In this document: piece after piece, positions 19,241 through 31,700 of the stretch | Layout of the letters: each line of letters begins with the position of its first letter | How positions within the stretch are numbered: the stretch's first letter is position 1 | IMG/VR virus record: IMGVR_UViG_3300034044_000049 | Location: 1-55,543 of that record | Length of the DNA stretch: 55,543 bases | From: a virus | Taxonomy: Duplodnaviria; Caudoviricetes | Strand: one strand, 5' to 3' | Translations under genes and position numbers: made by a program | The notes under the pieces: model-generated | What the model was told of the DNA's origin: nothing | The model's database searches: none | The model's input: the letters and a program-made list of their open reading frames with translations, nothing else

Positions 19241-21535
19241 ATGGCAAAAATTAATAGATTTTTTAGAGGTACCCCTCAACAATATGTTTCTCAATACGTA
19301 CCTGCCCCTATAGAATTTTATCAGAAAAGACTTGATGAATTAAACAAAGCAGATACTTCTGCTCGAGGAGCTATTGAAGAAGCATATAACAGTGCTCTTT
19401 TAGACAAAAAAGCAGCTCCTCATTATGATACGGAGAAACTTAAAGAGAAGACTATGGAGTATAATAATCTTCTTGATAAGACTGCTAATATGTTTTTGGG
19501 GGATGCTCGTGGTAAAAAGATGGCATTAGATGTAGTAAAAAAACTAAAATATGATCCTGAATTGAAAGCAATTGATGAAGGATATGAACGCTATGAGAAA
19601 CTTCAAAAAAGAATAAACGAACTTAATGAGCAAGGAAAGTTAAATGAAGCTAATGCTTTAATGGCTCGATTAAAGTTGGAAAAATATAAGACAGGTAATA
19701 ATTTCTTTAGAGATGTAATTTCTGAAGAAGATACTTCTATAATGGAAAATCAAGATATTTATAAAGCCTTAGAAAAATTTGTAGATGATCTAAAAGAAAG
19801 TGGTTACACTACTTTGTTACAAGCAGGTCCTGAAGGATATAATGTGTATTATGATGTAAAAGGAGTTGACCCAAAGAGAGTACAGGAAACAATAGAATCT
19901 CAAAAAGATAATTTCTTGAAAAGTCCTGCTGGAGTTCAATTAGAAAACGAAGCCCGACAAGAAGCTTTAACAGAAGAAAAATTTGATGAATTTAACAAAA
20001 ACCCAGAAGTCCGACAAAAATATGTAGATAAGCTCTTTAATAGATATATGGTAGGACTTATTAGAGAACATTCTAATAAACTTACTAAAAAACATTTTCT
20101 TTCTGATAAACAATATGATGCCAGGGCTCGTATGGAACAAGCTCAAAACAAATTATTAACAGGTCAGCAATATACAGCTAAATTAACTGTTTTAGGAGAG
20201 GATTGGGAAACTTTGAAAGAACGCAAACAAAAAGGAGACCCATTAGCCTATAAAGCAGAAATTAATGTTAAAAGAAAGATATATGATAAATACGGGATAG
20301 ATGTTACTACAAAAAAAGAAATTAAAAGAAAAACAGAAACCTATAAACCTATATTTCAAGAAGCAGCTCAATTAACTGGAAAATATTTAGAAGGTAAAAA
20401 AGAAAAGGAACTCGCCGAAAAGTTAAAAGAGTTAGGATACTATAATAATACTCAGAATGTATCATTCTGGTCTGTTAGAGGTTCTATTCCCAGAGAGGTA
20501 TTAGAAAGATTTGATTACTTATCTAAAAAAATACCAGAAAAAGAATTGGAAAGACTAATAAAAGTTACCAGTAATGAAATCCTTACTCACCCAGAAAAAT
20601 TTGATGAAGATATAGTTTTTGCTGCTACAACTGGAGTCCCTTATTCTAAGTTAGAAGAAGAAATAAATCAAGAGTTAGAAAGTGGAAGTATGGAGGTAGG
20701 GACTGCTATTATATATGACAACCCTTCTATGTTAAGCGAAACTAAAACAATATTAGGAAGTGCTTCTATAGGACAAGTATTTGACTTAACTAATGTAACT
20801 AAGGATGGAGAGCCTTTAGAAATAGAGAACCCCGATGAGTTAAAACTCAAACTAAAAGATGCTTTTGGAGCTAAATTTATACCTTCTCATAATTTATTTG
20901 AATTTACAGTTCAGGAAGATGATTCAAAGGCTCACACCTATACATTAAAAGTGAATCCAGAAGTGGAGTTAGAAAAAGGACTTACTGTACCTGAAAGGCT
21001 TACTTCTATAGCAACAGGAGGAGATATAAATAGTGCAAAAGAGATTGTTAAAAATGGAACCATAGCTTCTATTGTTATATCCACTGAAGAAGGAAGTAAT
21101 GAATCTTCAAATATGGGAAATATTGTTTTTGCTTTACAAAATTCAGAAATATCAGAAGAAGCACGGATGGAGGCTTTACAATTACTTCCAGAAAGTACCA
21201 GAAAGAAAATACGAAACGGAATACTACAGCAAGCTTCTTATGTTGTAGATGAGAATAATAACGAATCTCTAATAATTAAAGCGGATAGTAATGTTTCTAC
21301 AAAAGTAACTAATGGAATGGTGCTTAAAGCTTTGGAATCTCAAGTAAATGCTACTTTAGACCGTCAAAGAGAACACTATTCCCAAAAGACTCTTGATGAC
21401 ATGAAAACTAAACTTGCCACACAATTTATTCAGTTATATGGAGTTGATCTTAATCATCTTGATACTCCTTATAATACTACCTCTTTAGATAATGTAGCTA
21501 AACTTAAGTTAATAGGACTCCTTACTTCAGAATAA
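19241..21535 (+). CDS. Virion cargo/ejection protein (764 aa)
   Basis: N-terminus 'NRF...QYVSQYVPAP' and helical composition; second gene of the cargo block. Confidence 0.6.
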   Translation: MAKINRFFRGTPQQYVSQYVPAPIEFYQKRLDELNKADTSARGAIEEAYNSALLDKKAAPHYDTEKLKEKTMEYNNLLDKTANMFLGDARGKKMALDVVKKLKYDPELKAIDEGYERYEKLQKRINELNEQGKLNEANALMARLKLEKYKTGNNFFRDVISEEDTSIMENQDIYKALEKFVDDLKESGYTTLLQAGPEGYNVYYDVKGVDPKRVQETIESQKDNFLKSPAGVQLENEARQEALTEEKFDEFNKNPEVRQKYVDKLFNRYMVGLIREHSNKLTKKHFLSDKQYDARARMEQAQNKLLTGQQYTAKLTVLGEDWETLKERKQKGDPLAYKAEINVKRKIYDKYGIDVTTKKEIKRKTETYKPIFQEAAQLTGKYLEGKKEKELAEKLKELGYYNNTQNVSFWSVRGSIPREVLERFDYLSKKIPEKELERLIKVTSNEILTHPEKFDEDIVFAATTGVPYSKLEEEINQELESGSMEVGTAIIYDNPSMLSETKTILGSASIGQVFDLTNVTKDGEPLEIENPDELKLKLKDAFGAKFIPSHNLFEFTVQEDDSKAHTYTLKVNPEVELEKGLTVPERLTSIATGGDINSAKEIVKNGTIASIVISTEEGSNESSNMGNIVFALQNSEISEEARMEALQLLPESTRKKIRNGILQQASYVVDENNNESLIIKADSNVSTKVTNGMVLKALESQVNATLDRQREHYSQKTLDDMKTKLATQFIQLYGVDLNHLDTPYNTTSLDNVAKLKLIGLLTSE

Positions 21536-21550
21536 AAATAATTAAGAACT

Positions 21551-24500
21551 ATGGCTATAACCAACAAAACTCAAATTAGCGATTTTCAGAAATCTAAAAT
21601 AGATCCAACAACAGGACTTCCTATAACAGAAGATAACCCGTTGTTGTCTATGATTAGTCATAAGAAGACTATAAATACTCTTCCCAAACGATATGACGAA
21701 GGAACTATTTTTACAGGGAAGGATATAGGGATGGATTTACAATCCTATTATGATGCAGGAATAGACCCTACTCAATTTAAATTAACCTCAGGAGATGAAT
21801 CTGTTAGGAATGTTTTGGACTATCAAAGGGCAATAGAGCAGGGAAAGATTTCGGAATTAACTAATGCTACTATTAGAGGAGTTGTAAATGGAGTTGCAGG
21901 AGCTATCGGTAATACCGCTATGTTATTAGATATTCCTTCTTATTTTGAAGAAATAGATAATTTAGAAACCAACTGGCTTACTGAAATCACTAAATCAGTT
22001 CAAGAATCTACTCGAGAAGCTTTTCCTATATATAAAGCTAAACCAGATGATTTTTCTGTAGCAGAACTATGGGAAGGAGTAGTTCAAAGTGCTGTTGAAT
22101 TTGGTCTTCCTGGAGGAGCTATTACTCGTGGAGTAGGAACAATAAGTAAGTTTACAAGAGCAGCTCAACTTGCTAAAGGAGTTGCTCGAGGAACAGCTAA
22201 TGTGGCTAAAGCCATGAAAATGGAAAAATATGGTAATATGCTTACAGAGTTTGTTAATACTAAAATAGCAGCAGACTTGGGAAATTCTATTCCTTCAGGT
22301 TTTATTCAAAATTATATGGAGGGAAAGGTTATGGCTTACGAGTCTATGGAGAATGTAAAAGAGAAATTAACTCCATTAGTTAATGCAGGACTTATTACCA
22401 ATGAAGATTTAAGAACGGAATTAAATAAGACTTATAATGAAGTAATAGCTCTTAATAGGTTAAATCTTCTTACAGATATATTCTCTTTACATGGTCTTAA
22501 TAAAGTAAAGAACTTTGGAACAAGAAGAGCCACTAAAGATACTGGAGTAGGATTTGCTGGATTATTTAAAAAGGAAGCAGATGGAAAATTTAAATTCAAT
22601 TGGTCTCCTGATAATATGTTATTAGAGGGAGTTAAAGAGTATGGAGAAGAAGTAGGGCAGGGAATGATGCAACATGAGGTTGAATATAATGCTATAATAA
22701 ATGAGCTTAATAAATTTAAAGATGAGAAAGGAGAATATGTATTTGAAGAAGGAAATCTTGTAGCAAATGAATTTGCAAAAAAAGCTTTTGAGAAAGAATT
22801 AAGCAAACCTACTGATGTCTTTAAAAGATTAGCAGATGACTTTTTTAGCTACGACACTCAAATAGAAGGACTTATGGGATTCTTCGGGGGAGGTCCTCAA
22901 CGAATTATTGCAAAAATAATGAGTGGTCAATATAGTAAAGCTTATAAAAACTATATAGAAGAAGAAAGAAAAGGACAGGCAGAAGCTATAAAATTAACAG
23001 AAGAATTCTTTAAAAAGAAATCTTTGGTAGATGAAGCTAAAATTAAAACTATTGAGAAAATTGAAGATGATGACGTAAGAAATGCAGTTAAATCTCAACA
23101 TATTAAATCTCGTATTTTTGAAATAGCTTCCAAAAATATGAAGAATGGAACTATGCAGTCTTTTATGGACCAGATAGATAGTTTCATTACTGAATATGAT
23201 AAATTAAGTGATGCTCAGAAGGAAGAATTAGGGACGATTGAAGATTTACAGAAATTAAAATCATCTTTATTAGATGCAGAAAGAGAATTTGAAAAGTATA
23301 GTCATAGAGCAAATGCTGATGAGATTGTTAATCTTTCTTTACAAAAAGAAGGATTAGAGAATTTACGTACAGTTTATTCTCGAAAGAAAGAAGAAGCCGA
23401 AGCAGAAGCAAATAAAGCACAAGAAGAGTTAAATAAGTTTGAAGAAATTTTTAAAGAGGAAAAAGAAAAAATAAAAAAGTATGAAGGGAAGAAAGATAAA
23501 AAGAGCATAGAAAAAAGGACTAAATTAGAAGATAGATTAAAAAAATTAGAAAAACGATTAGAGCTACAAAAGAAAAAACGTGAACCTATATTTAATAAAG
23601 CAAAGGACATTTCTGAGAGATTGAAGTCTTTAGAGAAATCAATAGTAGATACTGATAAAAAATTAAATTTCTCTAAAACTAAAGAAGGGGAAAAGAAATA
23701 TTTATTAAAGAAAGCTCTTGAAGAAAAACATAAAAAAGAGATAAAAGAAGTTATTAAAAAGAGTCGTCCTGTAGAAGTTCAATCTGATAAAAAAGAAGGA
23801 AGCAGTACCCAAAAGAAAACTACTACAGAAACCCCTATTACTTCTGCAGTTGAAGATTCTAAAGTTGAAGAACCTATAACTAAAGATTCTACAGAAGAAG
23901 GTCTTTCTTCTGAAGAAGAAACTACTTCTAATAAGTTAAACTTAAATGTAGGGCAGGTTATAAAGGTTAATGACGGGATTCCAACAAAAGTTATAGAAGT
24001 AACTGACAAGGGATATAAAACTAAAAATGTATTAGGAGAAGAAGGATTTATTCCTTTTGAATTTGATGGGACTGTTGATATTTATAAAGATGAAAAAGAA
24101 ATAAAAGAACAGCAAGAGAAAAAAGAAAGAGAAAGTAAGGGAGCAAAAGAAATTATAGAAGCTAAAAAGAAAAAAGAGGGAAAAGAAGAAAAAGAAGAAT
24201 CTACTTCTCCTCCTCCTGCAAATGAAAATATAACTTCCCCTGAACAAGAGTTTATTGATGACCAAGGAGAAGCTTCTATTCCCCCTGAATCCTCAGAACC
24301 GACTGAAAAAACTCCTGAAATAAGAGTATGGACTTATGATAAATCAGAAGGAAATCCATTAGTTTGGAGAAGTGCTTCTTTTGAAACTTCAGAACCTACT
24401 ATACAACAGATAGTAAATACCATCTTTTTAGAGAGACAAACTACTAATTTGGATGACTATAGATTAAGAGTAAGAGTTGTAGATAATAAAACATATTCTC

Positions 24501-25729
24501 AAGAAATCGAAGTTACAGAAGATAATTTCGAGGAATTATTAAAAAATGGAGCTATTCAAGCAGTTTTTGAAAAGAAAGATGGAACCCCTATAGTTGTTGA
24601 AATAATGGGAAAAAAGGGAGAGAAAATAAGAGAAACTCCAAAAGTATTTATATCTTTGAGTGAAACAGCTAAAGAAGAAAGATATAAGATACTACAAGCT
24701 TTAAAAGAGAAAAAAGAAGTTTTTTATGAGAATCTAAAAAAAGGCAGGGGAAGTATAAAATTAAATACTGCTAATAATATTCCTTTACAGGATATATTGT
24801 CTCTATTAAATTATGATGATATTAAAGATATTATTATCTTTGAAAAAGGAAAACCAAATCCTTATATAAGGACAACGACTGCTAATGGAACTACTATTGA
24901 TCATGTTATTACTCGTAGAGAGATGAATAGTGATGAAAAAATCTTTTTAGCTGGACTATTAACAGAGATGGCTAATGAAAACTTAAAAACAGCTCGAATG
25001 GGACAACTATATGATGCTATTGAGAAGAATGAAAAATTGAAAGCTATAAAAAATATTGTGGATGTGATGGGAGGAAAAGATGCCTTATTATCTAAAGTTT
25101 TTCATGCTTTAGTTTATTCTTCTAAAGAAGGAGGGATTCAGTTAGATAAAAAGAATCATAAAATTAAAATTAGTCGATCTAATGTAGATATTAGCTATAA
25201 ACAAATAAGGAAAAACAAATCAGCTTTATTTGCTGCGTTTAAAGAGCTTTTAATAGACGAAAAAATTATATTTCATATCAATGAGAATATCTTTAATGAG
25301 GATGAGAAAAAATTAGGAGAAAGATATTTTCAAGCTTTTTTGGATAATAATTTATTAACAACTTATTTAGTTCCTACTGATATGAATACTTTATATTTTT
25401 CCCCAACTGTTTCAGGAAAACTGGATATTAGTAAGAAAGAAGAAGCATCTTTAAGAGCAGATAAAGCAGTTAAAGAAGAAGCTGAAAAAATCATGAAAAA
25501 ATCAAATGGAAATACTTCTTTACAAACAGAAAATGAGACTGCTTCTTTAGTAAATCTTGCTTTAGAAAAATTAAGTTCAGATGACCTTGATATGTTAAGA
25601 AATAACTTAGGACTGGAAAATAAACAAGAATTAATAGACTTCATTAAAGATTCTATTGAAGAAAGCTCTACAACTAAAGAAAAAGATATAAAAGATATTA
25701 TAACTACCTTATTAAAATCTAATTGTTAA
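21551..25729 (+). CDS. Large virion cargo protein (1392 aa)
   Basis: Gly/Ala-rich membrane-interacting N-terminal part, EGVKEYGEEVGQ motif, long Lys/Glu coiled coil, small SH3/KOW-like segment (LNVGQVIKV...); ends in Cys. Confidence 0.65.
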   Translation: MAITNKTQISDFQKSKIDPTTGLPITEDNPLLSMISHKKTINTLPKRYDEGTIFTGKDIGMDLQSYYDAGIDPTQFKLTSGDESVRNVLDYQRAIEQGKISELTNATIRGVVNGVAGAIGNTAMLLDIPSYFEEIDNLETNWLTEITKSVQESTREAFPIYKAKPDDFSVAELWEGVVQSAVEFGLPGGAITRGVGTISKFTRAAQLAKGVARGTANVAKAMKMEKYGNMLTEFVNTKIAADLGNSIPSGFIQNYMEGKVMAYESMENVKEKLTPLVNAGLITNEDLRTELNKTYNEVIALNRLNLLTDIFSLHGLNKVKNFGTRRATKDTGVGFAGLFKKEADGKFKFNWSPDNMLLEGVKEYGEEVGQGMMQHEVEYNAIINELNKFKDEKGEYVFEEGNLVANEFAKKAFEKELSKPTDVFKRLADDFFSYDTQIEGLMGFFGGGPQRIIAKIMSGQYSKAYKNYIEEERKGQAEAIKLTEEFFKKKSLVDEAKIKTIEKIEDDDVRNAVKSQHIKSRIFEIASKNMKNGTMQSFMDQIDSFITEYDKLSDAQKEELGTIEDLQKLKSSLLDAEREFEKYSHRANADEIVNLSLQKEGLENLRTVYSRKKEEAEAEANKAQEELNKFEEIFKEEKEKIKKYEGKKDKKSIEKRTKLEDRLKKLEKRLELQKKKREPIFNKAKDISERLKSLEKSIVDTDKKLNFSKTKEGEKKYLLKKALEEKHKKEIKEVIKKSRPVEVQSDKKEGSSTQKKTTTETPITSAVEDSKVEEPITKDSTEEGLSSEEETTSNKLNLNVGQVIKVNDGIPTKVIEVTDKGYKTKNVLGEEGFIPFEFDGTVDIYKDEKEIKEQQEKKERESKGAKEIIEAKKKKEGKEEKEESTSPPPANENITSPEQEFIDDQGEASIPPESSEPTEKTPEIRVWTYDKSEGNPLVWRSASFETSEPTIQQIVNTIFLERQTTNLDDYRLRVRVVDNKTYSQEIEVTEDNFEELLKNGAIQAVFEKKDGTPIVVEIMGKKGEKIRETPKVFISLSETAKEERYKILQALKEKKEVFYENLKKGRGSIKLNTANNIPLQDILSLLNYDDIKDIIIFEKGKPNPYIRTTTANGTTIDHVITRREMNSDEKIFLAGLLTEMANENLKTARMGQLYDAIEKNEKLKAIKNIVDVMGGKDALLSKVFHALVYSSKEGGIQLDKKNHKIKISRSNVDISYKQIRKNKSALFAAFKELLIDEKIIFHINENIFNEDEKKLGERYFQAFLDNNLLTTYLVPTDMNTLYFSPTVSGKLDISKKEEASLRADKAVKEEAEKIMKKSNGNTSLQTENETASLVNLALEKLSSDDLDMLRNNLGLENKQELIDFIKDSIEESSTTKEKDIKDIITTLLKSNC

Positions 25730-25730
25730 T

Positions 25731-28700
25731 ATGGCACTTTGTATTAGTAAAACATCTCCAGAAGCACGAAAGTTATTATCCCTTTATGAGAGTAAGGGAA
25801 TGATGATGGTGACTTTAAATAAACTTAATAGTTTAGAAGAAGTTAAAGAAGTTATTCAAGAATTAGAATCTTTACAAACTCTGGAAGAAAGAAAAAGATA
25901 CTTTAGACTAAAAATATTGGGACAGGAAGACCTATCAAATCTTTCAGTTTCTCAAAGAATTTCATTAGGAATTAAAACATCAATAGAGGACACTTATCCT
26001 GAATTAGAAAGAAGATTTTCTGTTCAAGAGCTTATCCAATTATCGGATACGGTTATAGAATATATGCTTGATGTTACCCCTCAAAATCTATTAGATTTAT
26101 TTGAAAATAAAATAGACATTGATTATAATAAAATTGAAGAGTATTTAATAAATCTTCAGGATGAAACTATTTCTATTTTAAAGGAATATGGAGAAAAAGC
26201 AGACAAAGGAGAAGAAATATTTTCTCCTGCTATCAGAGATCGATATTTTATGAGGTTGAATGATATTAGAACTCTTCTTCAAGAAAATAATTTAGAGGAA
26301 TTTAAAGCTTTAATAAGACAACGGTTGAATGAATTTTTTGAACTGGAAGAATTAGAAGGAGACCAATTAGCTAAGTTAATAGGTAATTCTGTAAGAGAGT
26401 CTGCTACTGTGGATCCTAATAAAAAAATGAGAGCCCTTATAAAGCTGTGGTTATCTTTAATTCCAGATAATCGGGAATATAGACATACCCGAAACGGGTT
26501 AATAAAACCATTTGTTCCTTTATATGAAACTATTTACTATATAGAACACAATTTAGCAGGAATAGAAGTAGATGAAAAAGAGGATGTTTTAGATGAAATG
26601 ATTAGACGTTTATCTAAAACTAAAGCTACTTTTGCTCCTATGAATTATATCATAGAAACTTTAGAGGATGAAAATACCCCCGAAAAGTTTAAGACTCAAT
26701 TTGTTAGGACTTTTAATAGAACCTATGTTCGATATACAAGTTTAAAGAAGATTTCTTTTACTGAACGTTTTGGAGATATGGTTTTAAAGAGCTTTAAACT
26801 TAGTAGGATTGAACATGACAAACGGTTAGAGAATCTTGAAAACATTCGTTCTTTTTGGAAAGAAGCTCTTAATAGAGAATTTACTAAAAGAAGAAAAGAA
26901 AAAGATTATTCGACTTCTTTTATAAATGAAAAGATAGATAAAATTATTAGAAGGATTGATGGGTTTGGAAAGCAATTAGATGCTTTAAGAGAAGAATACC
27001 GAAAAGAAGCCAATGCTCGTGGTATAAAAAATCCAGCAGATACTATAAATCATATAGGACATAATTTTTATAGAGAACTTGGATATACTCATCCTGTAGA
27101 TGGAATAGATTTATTGGCAGACTTTATTTCAGAAACTTTGACCGATATAGGACTTCCTGTAAATACGATTAAGTTTAGAGAAGCTTTGAGGGCTGAAGAA
27201 AAAAATATACATATAAAGAATAGAGATGCAAAGAAGAAAGCAGAAAAGATTTTAGGGTATATAGTTAAAAAGTTAAAAGAAGCAGCTGATATAGCTGGAA
27301 GTAATGAATTTAAAAAGTCTTATTATCCTTTAACAGATACTTTTGAGTTCTTTCATTTTGCTTCGGGAGAAGCATCTGCTAATAGAATAGTTTTTGATGT
27401 TTTTTCTACTTATAGCCAAATACTATCTGCTACCTTTCAAGAGTCTCATGCTTCCTTTGATGGTAATACTTACTATCCTTATAATAATGCAGACTTCTTA
27501 CATAAGTTTTTTAATGAAATGATGACTTCTATCAAAGGAGCTTATGCTAAGATGACTGCTGGATTCAGGTCTAAAATATTTACATCTCACTCACCTTACT
27601 TATTTTATTTTTTGGGATTGAGTAGTGATGAAAATAGAAACAGTTCTTCTAAAGACATGACTTTAGAAGATGACATTATTTCTCGTTTAACTATGTATAA
27701 CGGAGGGGTTAATCCTGCTTATCCTTATTTAACTCTGGCAGATAAATCCAGAATGTATTACATGAAAGGAAATATAGTTACTCCTAAAAAAAGATCTTTA
27801 GAGAGTTTCGTTACTAACCTTGTAATAGATGAATTAAACTTGGTTAATAAAGCATACGAAAATGTTTTTGGAGAAAATAAACTTCCAGAGGAAAAGTTAG
27901 TTCTTAATTATCATTATAAATTAGGAGAAAATGGAGAGAAAATCTTTAGAGATGAGAATGGAATGCCTGTTGGAAGTGCTTTTACAAGTGGATTTTTTGG
28001 AGAGTTTCTTACTGATTCCAACTTATTTTACCAAGAAGGGGAATTAAAAGGCAAACCTAAACTCGATAATATACAGGATAATAGTGAGATAGAAAAGTAT
28101 ATAGAAGAAACATTAGCTCCGAAATTAGTAGAAAATATTAAAGAATACAATCTTAACAAATTAGTAGAAGCAGGATTAGTAGCAGTTAGGGAAGATGGAT
28201 ATTATGATATTCAAGGTATTCCTATGAATATTGTAAATAAAGGACATGATGCTTATGGAGATGAATTTAAGAAAGTCCCTAAAGTAGGAACCAAGGAAGA
28301 GATGAATTTCCTTTTATCCACCCTTAGTGCTCTTCATTTAGTACATTTATCACAAGCTTTAATAGTCCACGGACATTTAGGGTATTATAAAACTTTTGAG
28401 AATTTTATGAAACGTACCCCTGAGGTTTCTGCAACAGGGGAATTTTTACGTATTCATAAAACAAAATGGGGAGAGGTAAGACCTAAGTACAATCTTGCTT
28501 TAATGACTAATAAATTTAAAGAGACTTCTGAAGTTAAAGAAACTTTAGAGTTTCTTAAAGAAAGACAGTTAGTTGATTTTTTTGATACTCTTTCTAAAAA
28601 TGAAGAAATCTTATCCTATATAAAAGATAAATATAATATTAGCACTGAAGAAGAATCTTTTTCTGAGGTAAGGGAATTTTTGCTGTCTAATTCTAAAGCT

Positions 28701-31700
28701 CTTAAAGATGCTTATAAGAAAGTCACAGGAAAATCTTTATCTGACGTAGATGTCCTTATAGATGAAACTATTTCTGAATATGAACGTGTAAATAAGGCAG
28801 ATGCTCAAGGAGTTATTACTCCAAAAAGATGGAAAGAAATTGCTATCGGATTATATGGTTGGAGTGATACTTTGGAAGAAGCATACCAAAGAGCAGTTAA
28901 AGGTAAAGCTTCTGAAGATGATTTACGAACTTTATTAAACCATTTACCCCTTCATTCTTTAAAAGGACAGCATTATGAAGTATTACGTCATAATGATGAA
29001 CTTATTCCTGTTTATATAAAGTATTCACAGTTTCCTCTATTTCCACAATTTGTAAATAACTCTAAAGGAGCTAAATACTTGAAACTAATGGAAAAGAGTG
29101 GAACCGATGAATTAGTAGTATTGGATGGTTCTAAAGCAGCTTCCTTTAATATCAATACATTTAATTCACCTGACGAATATTTATTATCAGGAAAAACTCT
29201 TAACAATATAGAACTATCTAACCGTTATTGGAAACTTCAACAAGAGAATCCTTATCACAGTAAAGATGAGGTTACTCTTGGTGTACAAGTAAGACGTAAT
29301 TTACTTGCTAACTTAGAACACCCTATAAAAGTAAAAGATAAGACCTTATCTCCTAAAGAATATCTAAATGAATTAAATAGAATAGATAACGAATTATCAA
29401 ATAGAAATTCTAAAAAAGTTTCTTATACTCTTGGATTACAAAAGTATCTGGGATTAGATATAATAAAGAAAAGTAAGTTCTATGAAGGGTTAAGTTCAAT
29501 GTTTAATAATAACGATGATTCTCCTACCATTAGAGAACTTATTAAAACTAAACAACCTTTAGATGCTTTTGGTTCCCTTATAAAACAAGTTGAGTATAAG
29601 ATTTTTGCGAAGATAAGAAAAGCTGCTATAAGATTTAAAGAAGGGGGGAATAGCTTAATTCAAGTATCTCCAGAATTCTTTGAAGAAGACTCTTATAGTC
29701 CTGATAATACCTATGCTGATTTATCAAAAGAAACTCAAGGAGGAGTAGTATGGTTAAAAGATAGAAATTTGTTGGAACCTCCACAAGTAATAACTGACGA
29801 AGAAGGAAACCAAAAAGTTACCTATGGTCAGATATTAATTTCCGAAAGCTTTGTAGATAGAATTCCAGGGTATCATAGTCAAAAGAAAAAGCTGTCAAAA
29901 GAAGAATTTGCTAAATGGTTGAACGAAAGAATAGATCAAGACTCTTTAAGACTATTAGGGTATCGTATTCCTAACCAGAAGTTATCTTTTAACCAACCAT
30001 TAGAGATAGTAGGAATACTTCCTAAAGAGGTTGGAAATAGTATTGTTGCTTACTCAGAAATAGCCGTACAAACAGGTTCGGATTACGATATTGATAAGAT
30101 GTTCACTTTAATGCCTACTTTAAGATGGGATTCAGAAAGCAATATTCTTAAACCTGTAGAATTCTCTGATAAAGAAGAAGAACTTGAGAAGAGATATAAT
30201 CTAATGATGGAGAATGAGTGGAAGCTCCTTCCTGAATTTAAAGAAAAAATGAGTTCTTTAGAGAATAGCGAAGAGATTATTAAATTAAAAGAAGAAATCT
30301 CTGAAGAAGTTTATAAAGCTGCTGCTCTTTCACAAGAAGTTAGAGATAAATTAAATTCTTTGGACGAAGAAGATTTCTTTGAAGCTTTTAAGATTAAAGA
30401 AAGAAGTCTCTTAGAAATAAATAAAGCATTGAATATTTTAGATATAATTTCAGATATTCAAGAGCAAGAGAGATTAATACAGTTAAAGCGAAAATTAGAG
30501 AAAGAACTTAACTCCAAAGTAAGTAAGCAGTTAGAAGAAATAGCAGTAAAAGAGCTTATAGAAGAAGGAGTAATCCCTGATTTAGAAACTTTTGCTACTT
30601 GGGATATATTTGCTCAAAATACAAAAGAAGCTCTTTCTAATAGACGATTGCAGTTATATTTAGGAAGACTTACTACTCCTGAATATTATCTTGATTTAGT
30701 ATCATCTGTGGATACTTCATTCTTAAAAGATAATATTTACACTTTATATGAGAAAGATACACAAGTTCCTAACTATTTAAGATTCTCAACAGTGGAACAA
30801 GCTGTTATTAGAAAGGAATTTATGGATTCTAAAGCAGGAGTAGGTATGACAGCTGTTGCACAAGCAAAGCTTATTTACTCTCAATTCTTAGAATTCTTTT
30901 CTGCCAATTTCTCTAAAGATAGATTTTATACTAAAGAATATAAGGTAGAAAAGACTTCCGAGGGAACTTATAAATTGGTTCCTTATAGAACTATGTATAT
31001 AACAGATGTTCTTTCTGCTTTTATGAATGCCTTTGTAGATGCAGCAAAAGATAACTATATAGGTAAAGCTAAAGTTACTCCTGAAGTACAAAGCTTTGTA
31101 TATTATCTTATAGGAGAAGGAGCCCCTTCTATCTTACCTATTGCTGTATTAAAGAATAAAAGATTACAACAAACTATTAAAGCAAAAAATAGCTGGAAAC
31201 AAGTAGTAAATACCTCCTATGAAAGAGCTAAACCTGTAGAATTAACAGAGCAATCTCAAGCAACTATGAAAGAAGAGGGGATTAATTTAGGAGAAATGAC
31301 CAACATTGAGAAAGCTGAGTTTATTCTAAATAACGAAGGAAACCCTAAGTATCAGAATATAGTGGATTTCTTAGCAGATACCATTTATACTGAAACTATG
31401 AAGGAAGTAAATATGCTTGTTCCTTTTAGTAATTTCCTTAGAGTAGATGTTGATGGTGCCAAGAAAAATACTCGTGAGTTAATATCCAATCTATTTACTT
31501 TAGGAAAGGATATTACGGGAAATATAGATAGAATAAAGAATAACTTAACTTTCTTAAAGAGTTTTGCTAAAAACACTTATAATACTACCTTATCTATATT
31601 GAGTAGTCAGAGATTCATTCTTTCACAGAAAGGTATAGAACTATTAGAGGATTTATATAAAGATATTGGAGACTCTATAACAAAAGAAGGAACTATCGGT